From contig CAUYUJ010000092.1 in the NCBI GenBank assembly GCA_963575745.1, positions 248,001 through 312,000 of the forward strand: 64,000 bases of DNA. Direction: 5' to 3'. The notes below the pieces were generated by a model that ran no database searches, had not been told where the DNA came from, and saw only the letters and a list, made by a program, of their open reading frames with translations. Position 1 is the first letter of the stretch. Every line of letters begins with the position of its first letter. The stretch comes from Prorocentrum cordatum. Its lineage: Eukaryota. The translations under genes were made by a program, and so were the position numbers. Positions 1-12,077 of the stretch are shown here, piece by piece.

Positions 1-13
1 GGTTTTCGCTCGC

Positions 14-1374
14 GTGCTGCAGGGCGTGGCTGGCATGAATATGGTTGACATTTCTGGTCTTTGCGAAGCTCTGGAAAACGGCGGCTTCCAGCATTTGTCC
101 GATTTGGGCGGCTCGGAAGCAAATGAATTGGTAGATCTCGCCCCTGCGTTTTCTGGACAGAACGTTGCGCTCGTCAAAGCCTTCTTGGCGCAGTGTCAGC
201 GCCGGGCCGACCGGGAGTTAGTGGCCGCGGCGTGCCGACAGGCAACGCGCACCGAGGCTACCTCGCCCTCTTCAGGGGCCGGGGCAGAGGCACAAACCCG
301 AGTTGCGAGCCAAAGCGATCCACGTGAGGCAGCCAACGACGAGCAAGGTCGTGCTGGCTTGATCTTGCTTGGTGAATCGCGCCGTGCTCGCGTTGTTCCC
401 GAACCTGCTGTGCTAGCAGCCGCAGCGGCGGCCGCCGCCTGCTGCAATTGCTATCCAGGGGCGGAACCAATTGGCAGGCCCCGTGAAGAAGTCAAACGTG
501 CACGTCGCGATGTTCCTGGCGGAGATCATCTCCATCTCCACACTCTGTGGATCGAGTTCGCTGCCTGGCGAAAAAGTGCTCCACTATACGCTTCCGCCGT
601 CCGCTTGTGGGGCGAAGCTGCCAGGGCCATTTCGGCGCGCAGCTGGCCACCGTCCGAATCTGTTCTCAATGCCTTTGTGGGGTTATTCCGTAATTGGAAC
701 TGTCTCCCTCTCGGTGTTCTCGACGACACAGAAAGGCTGGCCAGAGGTGCCGAGAAAATTACCCGAGACGTATTCAGGAGAGCGAAGATCCGGGCGACGG
801 CGGAAGAAACCAAACTCATCCGCAAGTGGTGCGCTGAAGCTGGATATCCGCTGTTGGCGGCGTCGTGGGTGATCGCTCGCCAATTCTGTTTGCGTTACTC
901 TGAGTTGCTGCTCCTCGGGTCAAATGTTGCGACATTCCGCTTCAGCGGCGATGAACGCAAAACCTGTGCCATTCGTTTTGCGCAGCGCAAATGTTCCAAC
1001 GAACCGTGTGAGACAACCAGACGTTGCATTTGTCAGCTGCACGGGCGCTCCTTGTGTGGCGTCTGCGAATTATTCTCTGTAGGAGCAGCAGTGTCGGTCC
1101 CCTTCGCGAGCGCGCAGTATGCCGACGCTCCTGCTGTTCTCAAACTTGCAGCAGCCGCTTTGCAGCTGCGGAGTGCTGCGGCCTGGGGCACGCACGCTTT
1201 CAGGCGAGGCTTTGCAGACGAGGCCAACAAGGAGGGCCCGCAGCTTTGTTTTTCAGTGGTGGTTGGAAGGGCGTGGCGGCTTTCGGTTACGTCAGCGCCC
1301 AAAGTCGCGGTGCTTTGTCGGCGGCCGAATGGCTAGTTGACCACTCCGACTCAAGTGACGGCGAGCAAGCCTGA
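14..1374 (+). pseudogene. tyrosine recombinase (phage-integrase fold) of a DIRS-type retroelement, frameshifted
   Basis: Motifs FCLRYSE (catalytic R) and WGTHAFRRG (HxxR). After a frameshift near 1235, GGW and AFGY (catalytic Y) appear in ORF 1024..1374. Paralogous to 10416-11906 and carries an internal deletion near 700 relative to it. Confidence 0.85.
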
Positions 1375-1481
1375 CTGTGGCATCGTGCGCGTGGGGTTGT
1401 AAAACAAATTGGAACAGGAAGCGGTCCTCGCGATGTACCCCTGTCAGGCGCTGCCGCGCAGTCCGTCGCCTTCTGGCGCAT

Positions 1482-1604
1482 TGGGAGCCCAAGGGGCGGG
1501 TTCCCAGAAGGCTCCTGCCAGCCAGGCAGCGCCGTTCACACGCCCTATGCTGGCGCAAGGACGCCGGCCACTCTACAGTGGGCCTGGCTACCGCAATGGT
1601 TTTC
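1482..1604 (+). repeat. split direct repeat B1 of family-1 YR element
   Basis: Near-identical to 2563-2684 (one substitution, one indel); ends ATGGTTTTC. Confidence 0.9.
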
Positions 1605-1904
1605 ATGATTCATAAACTCGTTTATGCTGCGGGAAAACCATGAGGAGCAGCCCCACGTGTGTTCGCCTCCATTCCTCAGTTCCTGCGCGCTCAATGCCTG
1701 CGCAGCGGGCTGCGGTGTCGGCGGCCGGCTGTTTTCTGCGCGAAGCGGCGGAAGTGTGCTCACCTTGCTCTGTTCGTGTGTATTCTGGTGCGGTCTCGCA
1801 TGGCGGTTCGCCCGCGCTGCTCGGGTCTCGTCTGCTGGGCCGATCGCGTCTCGCAGTTCTTCTGTTGCTGCTCCCCCGCGCTGGCTCCTTGAAGCCAGAT
1901 CGAG

Positions 1905-2440
1905 AATGCTCCCTGATAGGAGCAGCGGCTAAAAAACTCGCTGACAGGGGCTGCACAAACAAGACAGGCCCCCTGATCGGAGCGGCGCCTCCGAAGCTCC
2001 CTGAAAGGAGCTGCGCCTGCGTGCTCCCTGATAGGAGCTAGCGGTGCCTAGCGCTCCCTGAAAGGAGCTGCGCCTGCGTGCTCCCCGACAGGAGCGGCGC
2101 CCTAAAGCTCCTTTTTTGCGCGTTCCCTGACAGGGGCAGCGGCCGAAAACTCCTTGACGGGAGCGGCGCCTCAAAGCTCCCTGATAGGAGCGGCGATTCA
2201 AAGCTCCCTGACAGGAGCGGCCCCCCAGAACAGAAGTTCGCCGAAGGGGGCGGCGCCCAATGCTCCCTGAAAGGAGCTGCGCCTGTGTGCTCCTCGACAG
2301 GAGCGCTGCCCCCCAGAGCTCCTTCTTGTGCTCCCTGACAGGAGCAGCACCCCCAAGCTCCCTGAAAGGAGCTGCGCCTGTGTGCTCCCAGACAGGAGCG
2401 GCGCCCCCGAAGCTCTCTAGCAGGAGTCGCGCCTGCGTGC
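1905..2440. repeat. tandem array of short hairpins GCTCC-CTGAHA-GGAGC with recurring linkers (~30-bp period)
   Basis: Repeated gctccctgaaaggagc / gctccctgacaggagc / gctccctgataggagc, in which GCTCC and GGAGC are complementary. Linkers such as tgcgcctgcgt and ggcgcctc.aa recur. Confidence 0.85.
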
Positions 2441-2562
2441 CTCCTGGGGCGGCTCCGTGGCGCTGCGCCAGCGCGCTCCCCAGCAACAGCTTGGCGGCTG
2501 TCTGCCAGCTTTCTGCCCGCCCTCATGCCACCCTATGGCCCGCGCCGGCGTCCTGCCCTGGC

Positions 2563-2684
2563 TGGGGGCCCAAGGGGCGGGTTCCCAGAAGGCTCCTGCC
2601 AGCCAGGCAGCCCGTTCACACGCCCTATGCTGGCGCAAGGACGCCGGCCACTCTACAGTGGGCCTGGCTACCGCAATGGTTTTC
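2563..2684 (+). repeat. split direct repeat B2 (right end) of family-1 YR element
   Basis: Near-identical to 1482-1604; ends ATGGTTTTC. Confidence 0.9.
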
Positions 2685-3278
2685 ATAGCCCCTACGTCGC
2701 GGGCGATTTGGGGGGCAGGAAAATATTGGGGATGGCCTTATTCGTGGCCTCTGGGCTTCCTGGCCTTCGGGCTTCCATGCATCCCGCGGCCTGGCTACCC
2801 CGGGAGGGGTGCGGCGGAGTGCGTTCGCCCTCTCAGCCTTTGGCCGCCTAGCGGTGGCGGATTTCGGCGTGGGGCTGCCGCGCTGTCTGCTCTCCTTCCT
2901 CCTTCGTTCTGCTGGCTGGTGAGGTTGGCTGATTGGATTCCGTCGCGCGGCGGCCCCTGGGCACGCCACTGGCCTCGCGCGGCCATTGTCACAGCGAGCG
3001 CGGATGGCATCTGCGGGGGTTACGCGCATGCCCCGCTGGGCTCGCTGCGCAGCCTGCGGGCCCGCAGTCGGCGCGTAGCGCCCACTGTCGGCGCCGCGAA
3101 GGCCCACCCGCGTCCACCCTGGTGCACTGCGTGCGTTTGGGGCGGTGCTCTTGCCAGGCTGGGCCCTGGAGAAGTTCCAGTTCGGGCCAGCCTGGCGGCG
3201 CCGGTGCTCTTTCGCACGCCCACAGTTGGCGCAGCGCCGCCCTACTTTGGCATGTGGGTACAGCCCAACAATATTTTC
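2685..3278 (+). mobile_element. non-coding ~594-bp mini A-B unit of a YR-retroelement family, abutting the end of element 1
   Basis: The 24-mer GCGATTTGGGGGGCAGGAAAATAT at 2703-2726 is identical to the left end of element 2 (3949-3972). GAAAATATTG (2719-2728) is the exact reverse complement of CAATATTTTC (3269-3278), the same end signature as the other units. Confidence 0.55.
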
Positions 3279-3948
3279 CGGGAGTCCGAACCCGAGTTGC
3301 CCTGGGCCCGGATTATTCGGGCGTCCAGAGCCCCAAATCATCAGGGCTAATTCAGGTCAGGGTTAGTTCGGGCTTGTTTTCGGGAATCCGAACTCGAGTT
3401 ACCCTGGGCCCGGGCTACCCCGGATGTTTCGGGCGCCAGACTGTGGAAAACGGGGGGCGCAACTCGGGCCGAACGAAAGGGGCGGATAGGCAAAGGGGGG
3501 GGGGTACGAAATCTGCTGCATGCAGCTGGTTTCGGCCCCGCCGCCGCGCCCATGCCTTGGTGCATGGGCGCCTCCCGGCGTCGGGGGGCGCTGGGAAAAG
3601 CAGCTGCGTGGGCCGATTCTCTGCCCTACCCTTTGCTATCCCACCCACCTCCGCCCCCCTCGCACAGGGAGGCAGACGACGAGCGCCCGCCTCGGAGCGG
3701 CCGGCGCAGGCGCACCCGCCGAGGGCGCGGCGGCCGAGCCAGCCGCGCGTCTCGGGTGACCAGCTTCTGGCCCCCTGCGGGGCGAGGGCGCCCACGGGCG
3801 GCGGTCGGCGCTCGTCGGCGATGGCCCGAAGCCGGGGCGGAGGGGGAGAAGGAAGCGAGGGGAGAGAGGAGGGAAGGCAACAATAGCGGCAGGTCGGGCA
3901 CGTCTCTCTACAGTAGGAGTATTACAGAAAAGCAAAAAGATAGTCGAA

Positions 3949-4360
3949 GCGATTTGGGGGGCAGGAAAATATGACGACGGAGCGCGTCATCATCCACTCT
4001 TCTCCTCTTGGCCTCTGAGGGCTTCTGGGGTTTGCGTTCGTGGCACAGGTGCCAATTAGTGACAAGCATGCTTGTCTCATATGCCTGGTGCTCTCCTGAG
4101 GGGGCAGGCGTATCTGCCTTGCGTCGTGCTCCTGAGAGAGCAGGTAACCCTGCCTCACACGCTTGGCGGCTCCGCGGGAGCTGGCGGGAGCCGTGATTAG
4201 GAGTCTGCTCCTCGAGGGCACGTGAAGCGCGTCGAAGGCCTCTGGTGATGGGAGCTCGTGGGTCCCTCGTCGCTGGTGCTATGCTGTTCAAGGTTGAAGG
4301 CTTGCTCGTGGGTCCTTCGTCGCCGGTGCTATGCTGTTCAAGGTTGAAGGCCAATTTCAC
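3949..4360 (+). repeat. split direct repeat A1
   Basis: ~410 bp, highly similar to 12202-12612. Contains an internal ~51-bp tandem duplication (gctcgtgggtcc.tcgtcgc.ggtgctatgctgttcaaggttgaaggc). Confidence 0.9.
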
Positions 4361-4522
4361 GAGTGCATTTCCGGTGCCGCTGAGCGCCGTTCCCGCACCG
4401 CTGAGTGCATTTCTGGTGCCGCTGAGCGCCATACTCGCACCGCTGAGTGCATTTTGGCGCCGCTGAGCGCCATACTCGCACCGCTGAGTGCATTTCTGGT
4501 GCCGCTGAGCGCCATTCTCGCA
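4361..4522. repeat. ~42-bp minisatellite, about 4 copies
   Basis: Unit ctgagtgcatttctggtgccgctgagcgccatactcgcaccg. Confidence 0.85.
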
Positions 4523-4699
4523 CCACGCCGTGAGGGCCACTCTCTCGCTGGCCCTCGCCGCCCGTGGTGGAACGCGGGGCGTGGTTGCTGCAGCCGCGAG
4601 GGCCGTTCTCTCTCAAGTGCTCGCCGCCTGCCATTCCCACTCTGTGCCGGCCAGTCTGAGGGCGACTGTGCAGTCGGGCGGCGTCCGCTGGCCCAGCAT

Positions 4700-5740
4700 T
4701 GCATTCTGCGCTCCTTCCTTTCTGCGTTATGGTGCCCAGGCGCACCCAGATTCGCAATCTGAGCGCGACGGGCGCTCCTGGGCGTCCGCGCGCCCAAAAT
4801 TGCATTATGTGCTCCTTTCTGCGTCTTGGTGCCAGTGCCATTGCACCCGGATTCGCAATCTGAGCGCGACTTAGCGCTCGTGGGCGTCCGCGCGCCCAGA
4901 ATTGCTTTCTGAGCTCCTTTCTGCGTTCTGGTGACCAGGCGCACCAAGATTCGCGATCTGAGGGTTTCTGAGCGTCCACGCGCCCAGAATTGCATTCTCA
5001 GGTCCTTTCTGCGTTCTGGTGCCCAGGCGCACCCGGATTCGCAATCTGAGCGTGACTTAGCGCTCCTGGGCGTCCGCGCGCCCACAATTGCATTCTGAGC
5101 GCCTCGCTGCGTTATGGTGCCCAGGCGCACCCAGATTCGCAATCTGAGCGCTTCTGGGCGCCCGCGTGCCCAGAATTGCATTCTGAGCTCCTTTCTGAGT
5201 TCTGGTGCCCAGGCGCGCCCAGATTCTCAATCTGAGCGCAACTTAACGCTCCTGGGCGCCCGTGCGCCCAGAATTGCATTCTGTGCGCTTTTCTACGTTC
5301 TGGTGCCCAGGCGTACCCAGATTCGCAATCTGAGCGCGAATTAGCGCTCCTGGGCGTCCGCGCGCCCAGAATTGCAGTTTGAGCTCCCTTCTGCGTTCTG
5401 GTGCCCAGGCGCACCCAGATTCGCAATCTGAGCGCGACTTAGCGCTCCTGGGCGTCCACGCGCCCCGAATTGCATTATGAGCGTTTTTTTTGTTTCTGCG
5501 TTCTGGTGGCAAGGCGCAGCCAGATTCGCAATCTGAGCGCGAGTTGGCGCTCCTGGGCGTCCGCGCGCCCAGAATTGCATTCTGAGTTCTTTTTCTGCGC
5601 TCTGGTGCCCAGGCGCACCCAGTTCGCAATCTGAGCGCCTCTAGACGTCCGCACGCCCAGAATTGCATTCTAAGCTCCTTTCTGCGTTCTGGTGCCCAGG
5701 CGCACCCAGATCCGCAATCTGAGCGCGACTTAGCGCTCCC
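4700..5740. repeat. ~90-105-bp tandem repeat, about 11 copies, in the 5' leader of the YR element
   Basis: Recurring ctggtgcccaggcgcacccagattcgcaatctgagcgcgacttagcgctcctgggcgtccgcgcgcccagaattgcattctgag. Confidence 0.9.
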
Positions 5741-6125
5741 GCGCGGCGGCCGCCTCTCCATTTACTACGGGATGTGCGTAAGCGCCCGTGCATCGGCCAT
5801 CTTCGCCGCGAAGAAGCGGCGCTCCATCACTTGTCGCCGCCTGGGGTTGCCTCCGACGAGGGGCGCGCGGACGGGGTCGAGTCTCTGGGGACTCGTAGTG
5901 GCATCCCTCTCCGAAGGTGTAGCGAGCCTGTCTGTGAAGATGCCCATGAAGTCAATTTCTGCAGGGAGAGCGGAAGACCGCTCTGAGTGCCATGCTCCCA
6001 GGGTACATTGCGTCTCTCGCTCCATGTCCGTAGCCGCCGGCTGAGGTACTCTCGTGGTGCACTTCTGCGCACTGCTTCGGTAATCAGCCCACTCTGGACC
6101 GCTGTTCTGTCTGCCACGTGTCAGC

Positions 6126-7446
6126 ATGTCTTTCTCTCGTGAGGAAATCCAGGCTGATCTCGACGGAATGCCGGGGAGTGCTTTCAACAGCACTTCGGCA
6201 GAGCAACGCGAGACATGGGTTCAATTCGTGCTCAGCTTGGAGGCAGAGCCCAAGGCCAGACACGATCTGCGCTGGTATACGGCAGTGGCCCGCATGATGA
6301 GCGAAGCCGTGAGCAGCGTCCACCCCGGTGACTTCGCGGATGAAGTCATCCGTGATCTGCTGAAATCGAGCATCAAGGTACATGATACGCCCTTCACTGG
6401 AGAGGGTAATCATTCGAGCTGGCAGGCCGTGAAAGCAACGCCGGCGATGCTCGTGCACGCTCTCCGCGCCCACGACAAGTGCTGCAAGGAGACCAAATCT
6501 TCCCAGGAGGCTACGGGCAGCACTGCCTCGAGCGCGGCCGAGGGCCTCACCAAGGCTATGAACGAGTTCGTGAAAGAGCCAGGGCGAGGCGAAAACGCCT
6601 GGCAAGAAGAGTCTCTCCTACGATCGCGCCACGCGCCCTCAGGAGATCGGCCTCGCGTTCTTTCCCAAGGGCGCCCTTCCCAATGAAGATCTGTTGATCA
6701 AATGGGAAGCTGCCAGCAGGGTGGCTGCCGAGAACGGGCGCCCCTTCGTGGGAAGCACGGATGGAGATGATCTCCAGCTCCTCCACCGGCCCGCCTGGCC
6801 CCGGAGCCCTGTCATCGACGATGCCCACCGAGGGCTCTTGGGAGGACCGCTTCAAGGCGAGCTTCGAGGTCCGCAAGGCCAGGGCGGCAGAGGAGAAGAC
6901 AACGCACGTTCCACGGATTTGCGGCCTTCATTGGTCATCTTTATTCGTGGGGCATGAAGCTGTGCTTCACCGAGGTCTGCGCGCCCACTGAGCTGCTGGC
7001 GTACATCTTCGTCACCAAGGTGGCCGAGGAATCCGGCGGCGTCAACACCGCATATCAATATGATCTGCTGGTGCGGAAGGAGATGGCTCGTGCATTTCAC
7101 AGCCAAGTGGTATTTCACGAACTTGGACCGGGACATGGTCCGCGAGGCCAGGGACAAGGCCGGCGATGCCCTCGCCCGCGCCAGCAAGAAAGGAAGTGGC
7201 CGCGGCGCCGGCTTTGCTGCGTCCGCGCCCGTAGCCGCCGGACCGCAGAGTCGGAGCGGCAAAGCGTGGCCGAAGGGTGCTGCTGCGGACAAGCGCCCGG
7301 TCAGGTCCCCCAGCCGCCAGCGCTCCAGAACCCCAGCTGCTGCCGGCAAGGGCGGCGGCAAGGGCAAGGGCGGCAAGGGCGATCACCGCTCCAGCACCTG
7401 GGCCGGCAAGAGCTCCGACTGGGGTGGCTGGAAGGATCGCCGCTGA
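6126..7446 (+). pseudogene. gag-like ORF1 of the YR retrotransposon, multiply frameshifted
   Basis: Lies directly upstream of RT. Coding-like pieces in ORFs 6126..6686, 6694..6991, 6954..7100 (AYQYDLLVRKEMARAF) and 7060..7446 (basic, Gly/Lys-rich tail). Confidence 0.6.
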
Positions 7447-7524
7447 GACGGCGATGGTGGTCCGGATAGTGACTCGGACTGGGGTGCCCGTTCAAGCAGT
7501 AGGGAGCGCCCCGCTTCTGCAGTT

Positions 7525-10157
7525 TTGCCTTTTGCCACTTTTAAGGACGCCGATGCGCCCCGCGTGGGAGCGATGACTCCCTGGACCCATCTGGAGTGGG
7601 CCCACTCTCTGCCTCGCGTCTCTGGCTCTGTACCTCTGCCGCCGCTTCTGGCGCGCGCAGTGGAGCGCTCCACGGCAATGAGCGCTGCTGAATTGCGTGC
7701 GTTTCGGGCAGAGAAGCTGGAATTTTGGCGCGAGCGGGAACGTGTGACGGGCCACGCCTGGGCACAGGAACGCGCAACTCTGCCGTGCCATGTGCGCGAG
7801 GTATTGGGTCCGGATAAGAATATCCGCTTGCTCGCTGAAATTGCGTCCGCCATGGAGTGGCCCGACGCAGCGCTGGCAGAGGATTTAAAGCACGGATTCC
7901 CGCTGCTAGGTCAGCTTCCGCGAAGTGGCACTTCGCCTGCAGTAAATTATAAGCCAGACTGCATAAGCGCACACATGCTGCTGGAAGGAGCCCGGTCCGG
8001 CAATAAATCGACACTGGCGCGGATTCGCCGGTCCGACATCGCAGAGCCTACGATTTCGCACGCTTTCAGTGCCAAGTGCGATGAGGGAGTCGAGACGCGG
8101 AAGGCTGTGTGGACAAAACTGTCGCCGGCTGATTCCATTATAACGGCTCGGTTTCCTGTGTTTGAAGGTTTCCGCGAGGACGCAGAGGGCAATTTGATCC
8201 CGAAGGTGCGTCTCGTGGATGATTTTAGCGATTCCGATGTGAATGCAGCTACGTCCGCCGGGGAGGCTCTCCCAGTGGACAATCTAGATTCGCTGGTTAG
8301 TCTAGCGTCTGCTTTAATCGCAGGGTGCGGCGAGCACGCTGAGATTCGCTTCCGAAAGGAAGATTTCAATAGCGCGTTCAAGAGTTTACCTCTTCGCGCG
8401 GACCACTTGCGTTTCGCCGTGGTCTCGTGGGCAGCGGCAGCAGCTGAGAACTCAGGACTGCAGTTGCTCGCGTGTCCTTTCGGGGCTTTAAGCTTGGTGC
8501 ATTCTTGGCATCGTTTTGGCAGTTTTGTCCAGGCGTTTTTAGCGCAGGAGTTTTTCATTGCCACGCCTCGCTTCGTCGATGATCTGATCTATTTTCGGCA
8601 GATCGCACAGAAGAGAATTCATATGAATCTGCGGGGCCGAGCGGCACTGCAAATTGCAGTCGCCAGGTGATCAACAAGCTTCTAGGCTGGGACTTGGATC
8701 AAAAGAAATCGGTCGACGATGCATCCAGCGCCACTGTGCTGGGAGTTTGCGCCCTCGCTTGGCCAGGCGCAATTGCTTTTTGGATCGGTCGGGAGAAGCT
8801 CGAGAAGTGGATCCGTTGTATAGATGGCGCCTTAGAGGCCAATTCCCTTCGGCCAGCTGAAGCCAAGCGTTTAGCAGGTCGGCTCAGCTGGGGCGGCTCG
8901 GTAGCTTTCGGCCGTGGGGCCAGAGCTTATCTAGCTGCTTTGCATTGGCAAGCTAACGGCAGGAGTGCGAGGATTCCGAGGCGCGTCCGGAACGCACTCC
9001 TGTGGCGGCGCCCTCTTCTGGGATCCTGCCCAACCCGCGTGGTCCAGCTGCATCCACATGAGGTACAGCGGTGTTTCGTGTGCACCGACGCCGCTGGCGA
9101 TGGGAAGATTGCGTTTGTGCTTTCTCATCCGGTTATGCGCGTTTGGTCTGCTGCCGCAGTGCCCGTGGTTGCGAAACGATGGGCCCGACCGCGCCGTGCG
9201 CAGATCTCTCTGTGGGAATTAGTGGCGGCCGTGTGTAGTCTGCAGTTCCTTCTTGATCATGGGCTCAAGGATTGCGAGACCATTCTGTTCATTGACAGCA
9301 ATGTCGCGCTTCATACCCTTGTTCGGTGCGCGAGCCGGCAGCAGGATTACAACGAGATTGTCAATGCATTTTGGTTCACTGTAGCCGCTGCAGGCGCCCT
9401 GCTACACGCAGTGCGCGCACCGTCAAAGTTAAATTTGGATGAATCATAAATTTATTTCTGCAGCAGGAAAATCATGAGGCGCAGTGCCCATTGTTTACAC
9501 CTCTACGCCTCTTTGCTTACACGCCTTGCTCACACGCCTCTGCCTGCGGGCGCGTGGCTCGCGCGCTTCTGCCTGCTTCGCGGGGGAAGCGATTCCCTGG
9601 CAGCGCGGCGGAAGAGCTCCTGCGCGAAACGGCGGAAGTATTGGCGGCGGCTTTGCAGCTTGCCGCCCTGGCGCTCCCTCCCAGATGGCGCAACCGGGGC
9701 GTGCTTGTCGCCCTCAGTCGCACGCGGCCTGGGGGCTGGCACCCCGCGCCTCGCCCGCGGCGCCTGGGGGCTGGGACCCCAGGTGCCCCTGGCTCTCTGC
9801 GTCTCGGGGTGGCGTCTGGGAGCCGGAGTGTTTGCTGAAAGGGGCTGCGCCTACTGCTCCTTGTCAGGAGCTTTGCCCGCCCTCGCCGCCCTTTGAGGCT
9901 TGCGCCGGCGCCTCGCCCTGGCTGGGAGTCTTTGGGGCGAGACCCAAACGGCTCCGGCCAGGCAGCGCTTCCCAACGTTCCCCTTGCTGGCGCAGGGGCG
10001 CCGGCCATCTCTGGAAATGGGCTGGCGCTGTTATGATTTTCCGGACGGTCCCACGAGAGATGAATCTTTTGAGGCATCTCGTGCCGAACTCGCGGAGCGA
10101 GGTTTCCGGCAAATTCGATGGGACTGGCCAGCCCGATTGCCGTGGCACACCCACTGA
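7525..10157 (+). pseudogene. DIRS-type reverse transcriptase / RNase H, frameshifted and interrupted by an insertion at 9439-10041
   Basis: RT motifs KVRLVDDF, KEDFNSAFKSLP, CPFG and RFVDD. RNase H motifs CTDAA, WELVAA and FIDSNVA. Removing 9439-10041 restores SKLNLADGPTR, continuing to the stop at 10157. Confidence 0.9.
9439..10041 (+). mobile_element. 603-bp non-coding mini A-B unit related to family 1, inserted in the RNase H codon for Ala (G|CG)
   Basis: Starts atgaatcataaa...ggaaaatcatgaggcgcag (compare 1605 atgattcataaa...ggaaaaccatgaggagcag). The last ~140 bp resemble family-1 B (gccaggcagcgc...tgctggcgca..g.cgccggcca...atgattttc). Precise excision restores the frame. No TSD. Confidence 0.85.
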
Positions 10158-10415
10158 ACAAGGCGTCGCAGTGGACAAAATGCATCGGCTGTCATCATCT
10201 CATCCATCGTTTGCGGGCCTGCAATCGATTGCAGGGGTGCTTCTTTGTGACTTCCCGCGAGCTGGCTTAAATTTCGAATGGTCAGGGCCGGCATTGTTCA
10301 AGGATCATGTGTTGTGGCAATGCTGCAGAGAATTAATAATTGGCTGCTGCTCGGCAGAATGTGCAGCGACGCTTCCCGTAGCGTCTGGCTCGAAGCCGTT
10401 TGGCTCAGCTTTGAG

Positions 10416-11906
10416 ATGAGCAGTGGTCTGCTTTCTTTTATCGATGCCGCTGCCGCCCAGGGAACCTCGGTAGGAGACAGACGCGTGCGTCCACGTGCAG
10501 ACACATGGCTATCACCTCTGTTGCGCAGAGCAGCGGCGGCTTCCGGTCATTCTGGCGATTTGGAGGGATTAGAGCGGAGGTTGCTCCAGGAGGGTGCGGC
10601 GCATGCGTCTGACTTCCTCGGCCTTTCAGTCAGTGAGGCAACTGAGATTTGGACGCCGCTGCAGGATTGGACCAAGGATATCGTAGACAGATTTCTCTGG
10701 GTATGTTCGCAATCGAATGTCAGTGCTACAGCGTCCGCGCCACCGCGGGCGCAGGCCAAGCCAATTCCGGCTGCCGGTCCACCGCCGGCGAGACGAGCAG
10801 CGGCAACAGGAGATTCAGGGAAGCAGCGGAGAGCCATGGCAGCTTTGGCGTTATGCGCCGCAGCGCGGCGATCTGCACAATTGCCTCCGCTAAAGATTCT
10901 GGCCGACGCAATCAGCGCAATGGCTGCTGTCGATGCGTTGCTGCTTGCACCGCCGGCGCAAACGCCCCGGGCGGAAGCAGAACGGTGGTCAGAGAGCAGA
11001 TCTGGGGAAAGTTTCGAGGAGGAAGCGATGTGGATTGAGTTCTGTGGCTGGAAGGCGAGCGCTTCGGGCCACGCTTCTGCGCTTCGCCTTTACGGGCAGA
11101 ATTGTATTCTACGCAAGCTTGAGCCCTGGCCCCCAGCAGATGCGCAAGTGGATGCGTTTGTCGTTCTCTTTCGCAGTGCTTCTTCACTTGGTAAATACCT
11201 TTCGTATTTGAGGACGATCTTGCGATGGATGCGTAGTCCTTTAGGGGCACTGCTCGACACAAGCCGCATCGCACGCGGAGCAGAGAAATCTGGAAGAGCC
11301 ATTCGGCGAATAAAAATCCGCGCGGCTGCTGAACAGACACGTAAGTAGGCGCAATGGTGCGTCAGCAATAATCAGCAGGACATTGGTGATTCATGAGTCG
11401 TATCTCGGCACTTCTGTCTCAGATAGGGTGAAACTTTGCAGTTGGGTCGTCCTCAGGCACAAGTTGTCACTGAAACTGTTGCAGGGGGAACCGAAGTTGT
11501 CCGGATAACTTTCTTCAATCGCAAATGTTGTGCTGAGCCGGTGGAGGTTTCGCGCCGGTGCATTTGCAAGTTGCAGGGCATGACGCTCTGCGGCACATGC
11601 GTGCTGAGGCGAAGGTTGGCGGACAGCGGTATCCCTTTCGCAAGTATTTCGTATAGCGAATCGCTGGCTTGCTTGAAGCTCGCTGCGCAGGCTCTGGGAT
11701 TCGCCGACGCGCGATCCTGGGGCACTCATGCATTCCGCCGCGGATGGGCCACAGAAGTAGTGCAGGCCAATGGGCCGGCAGCGCTTTTCTATTCGGGAGG
11801 CTGGAGGGGCGCGACGGCCTTCGCGTACGCTTCGGCCAAAGCCCGCGGTACACTGGAGGAAGCAGAATTCTTAATAGAATTCTCAGAGTCTTCCGGCGAG
11901 GACTGA
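10416..11906 (+). pseudogene. tyrosine recombinase of element 2, with nonsense and frameshift lesions at ~11346-11430
   Basis: HFCLR, CICKLQGMTLCGTC, WGTHAFRRG, GGW and AFAY motifs; paralog of 14-1374. Confidence 0.88.
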
Positions 11907-12077
11907 GCGTGGAAAACAATCAGGAGGAACAGTGAGTACGAAATTGATTGTCGCTACGCGGGCAGGCGAACACACACGCGCACACACACGCACACACACA
12001 CACACACCTGTGTGCATTGGGCTTCCACTTCTGCACAGGATGTGTCTGTCCAGGATGCGATGTCCCGGGGTGCACAG

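Larger units (their letters stand above)
1..2684 (+). mobile_element. 3' portion of a tyrosine-recombinase (DIRS-order) retrotransposon, family 1: YR - B1 - A2 - B2
   Basis: YR pseudogene followed by a ~122-bp direct repeat (1482-1604 and 2563-2684) flanking a non-coding segment. Same layout as the complete element at 3949-12853. The 5' part lies outside the window. Confidence 0.75.

Noticed and set aside
1905..2440. CRISPR-like array of palindromic repeats
   Set aside because: The repeats are only ~16 bp, the spacers are short and recur, there are no cas genes, and the context is a eukaryotic TE.
9439..10041. Spliceosomal intron with a GA donor in RNase H
   Set aside because: There is no AG acceptor at the junction, and the segment is homologous to element termini.
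14..11906. Bacterial or phage integrase contamination, or a true integron
   Set aside because: The YRs are linked to a DIRS-type RT/RNase H and split direct repeats in satellite-rich eukaryotic DNA, and the mini units carry no genes.
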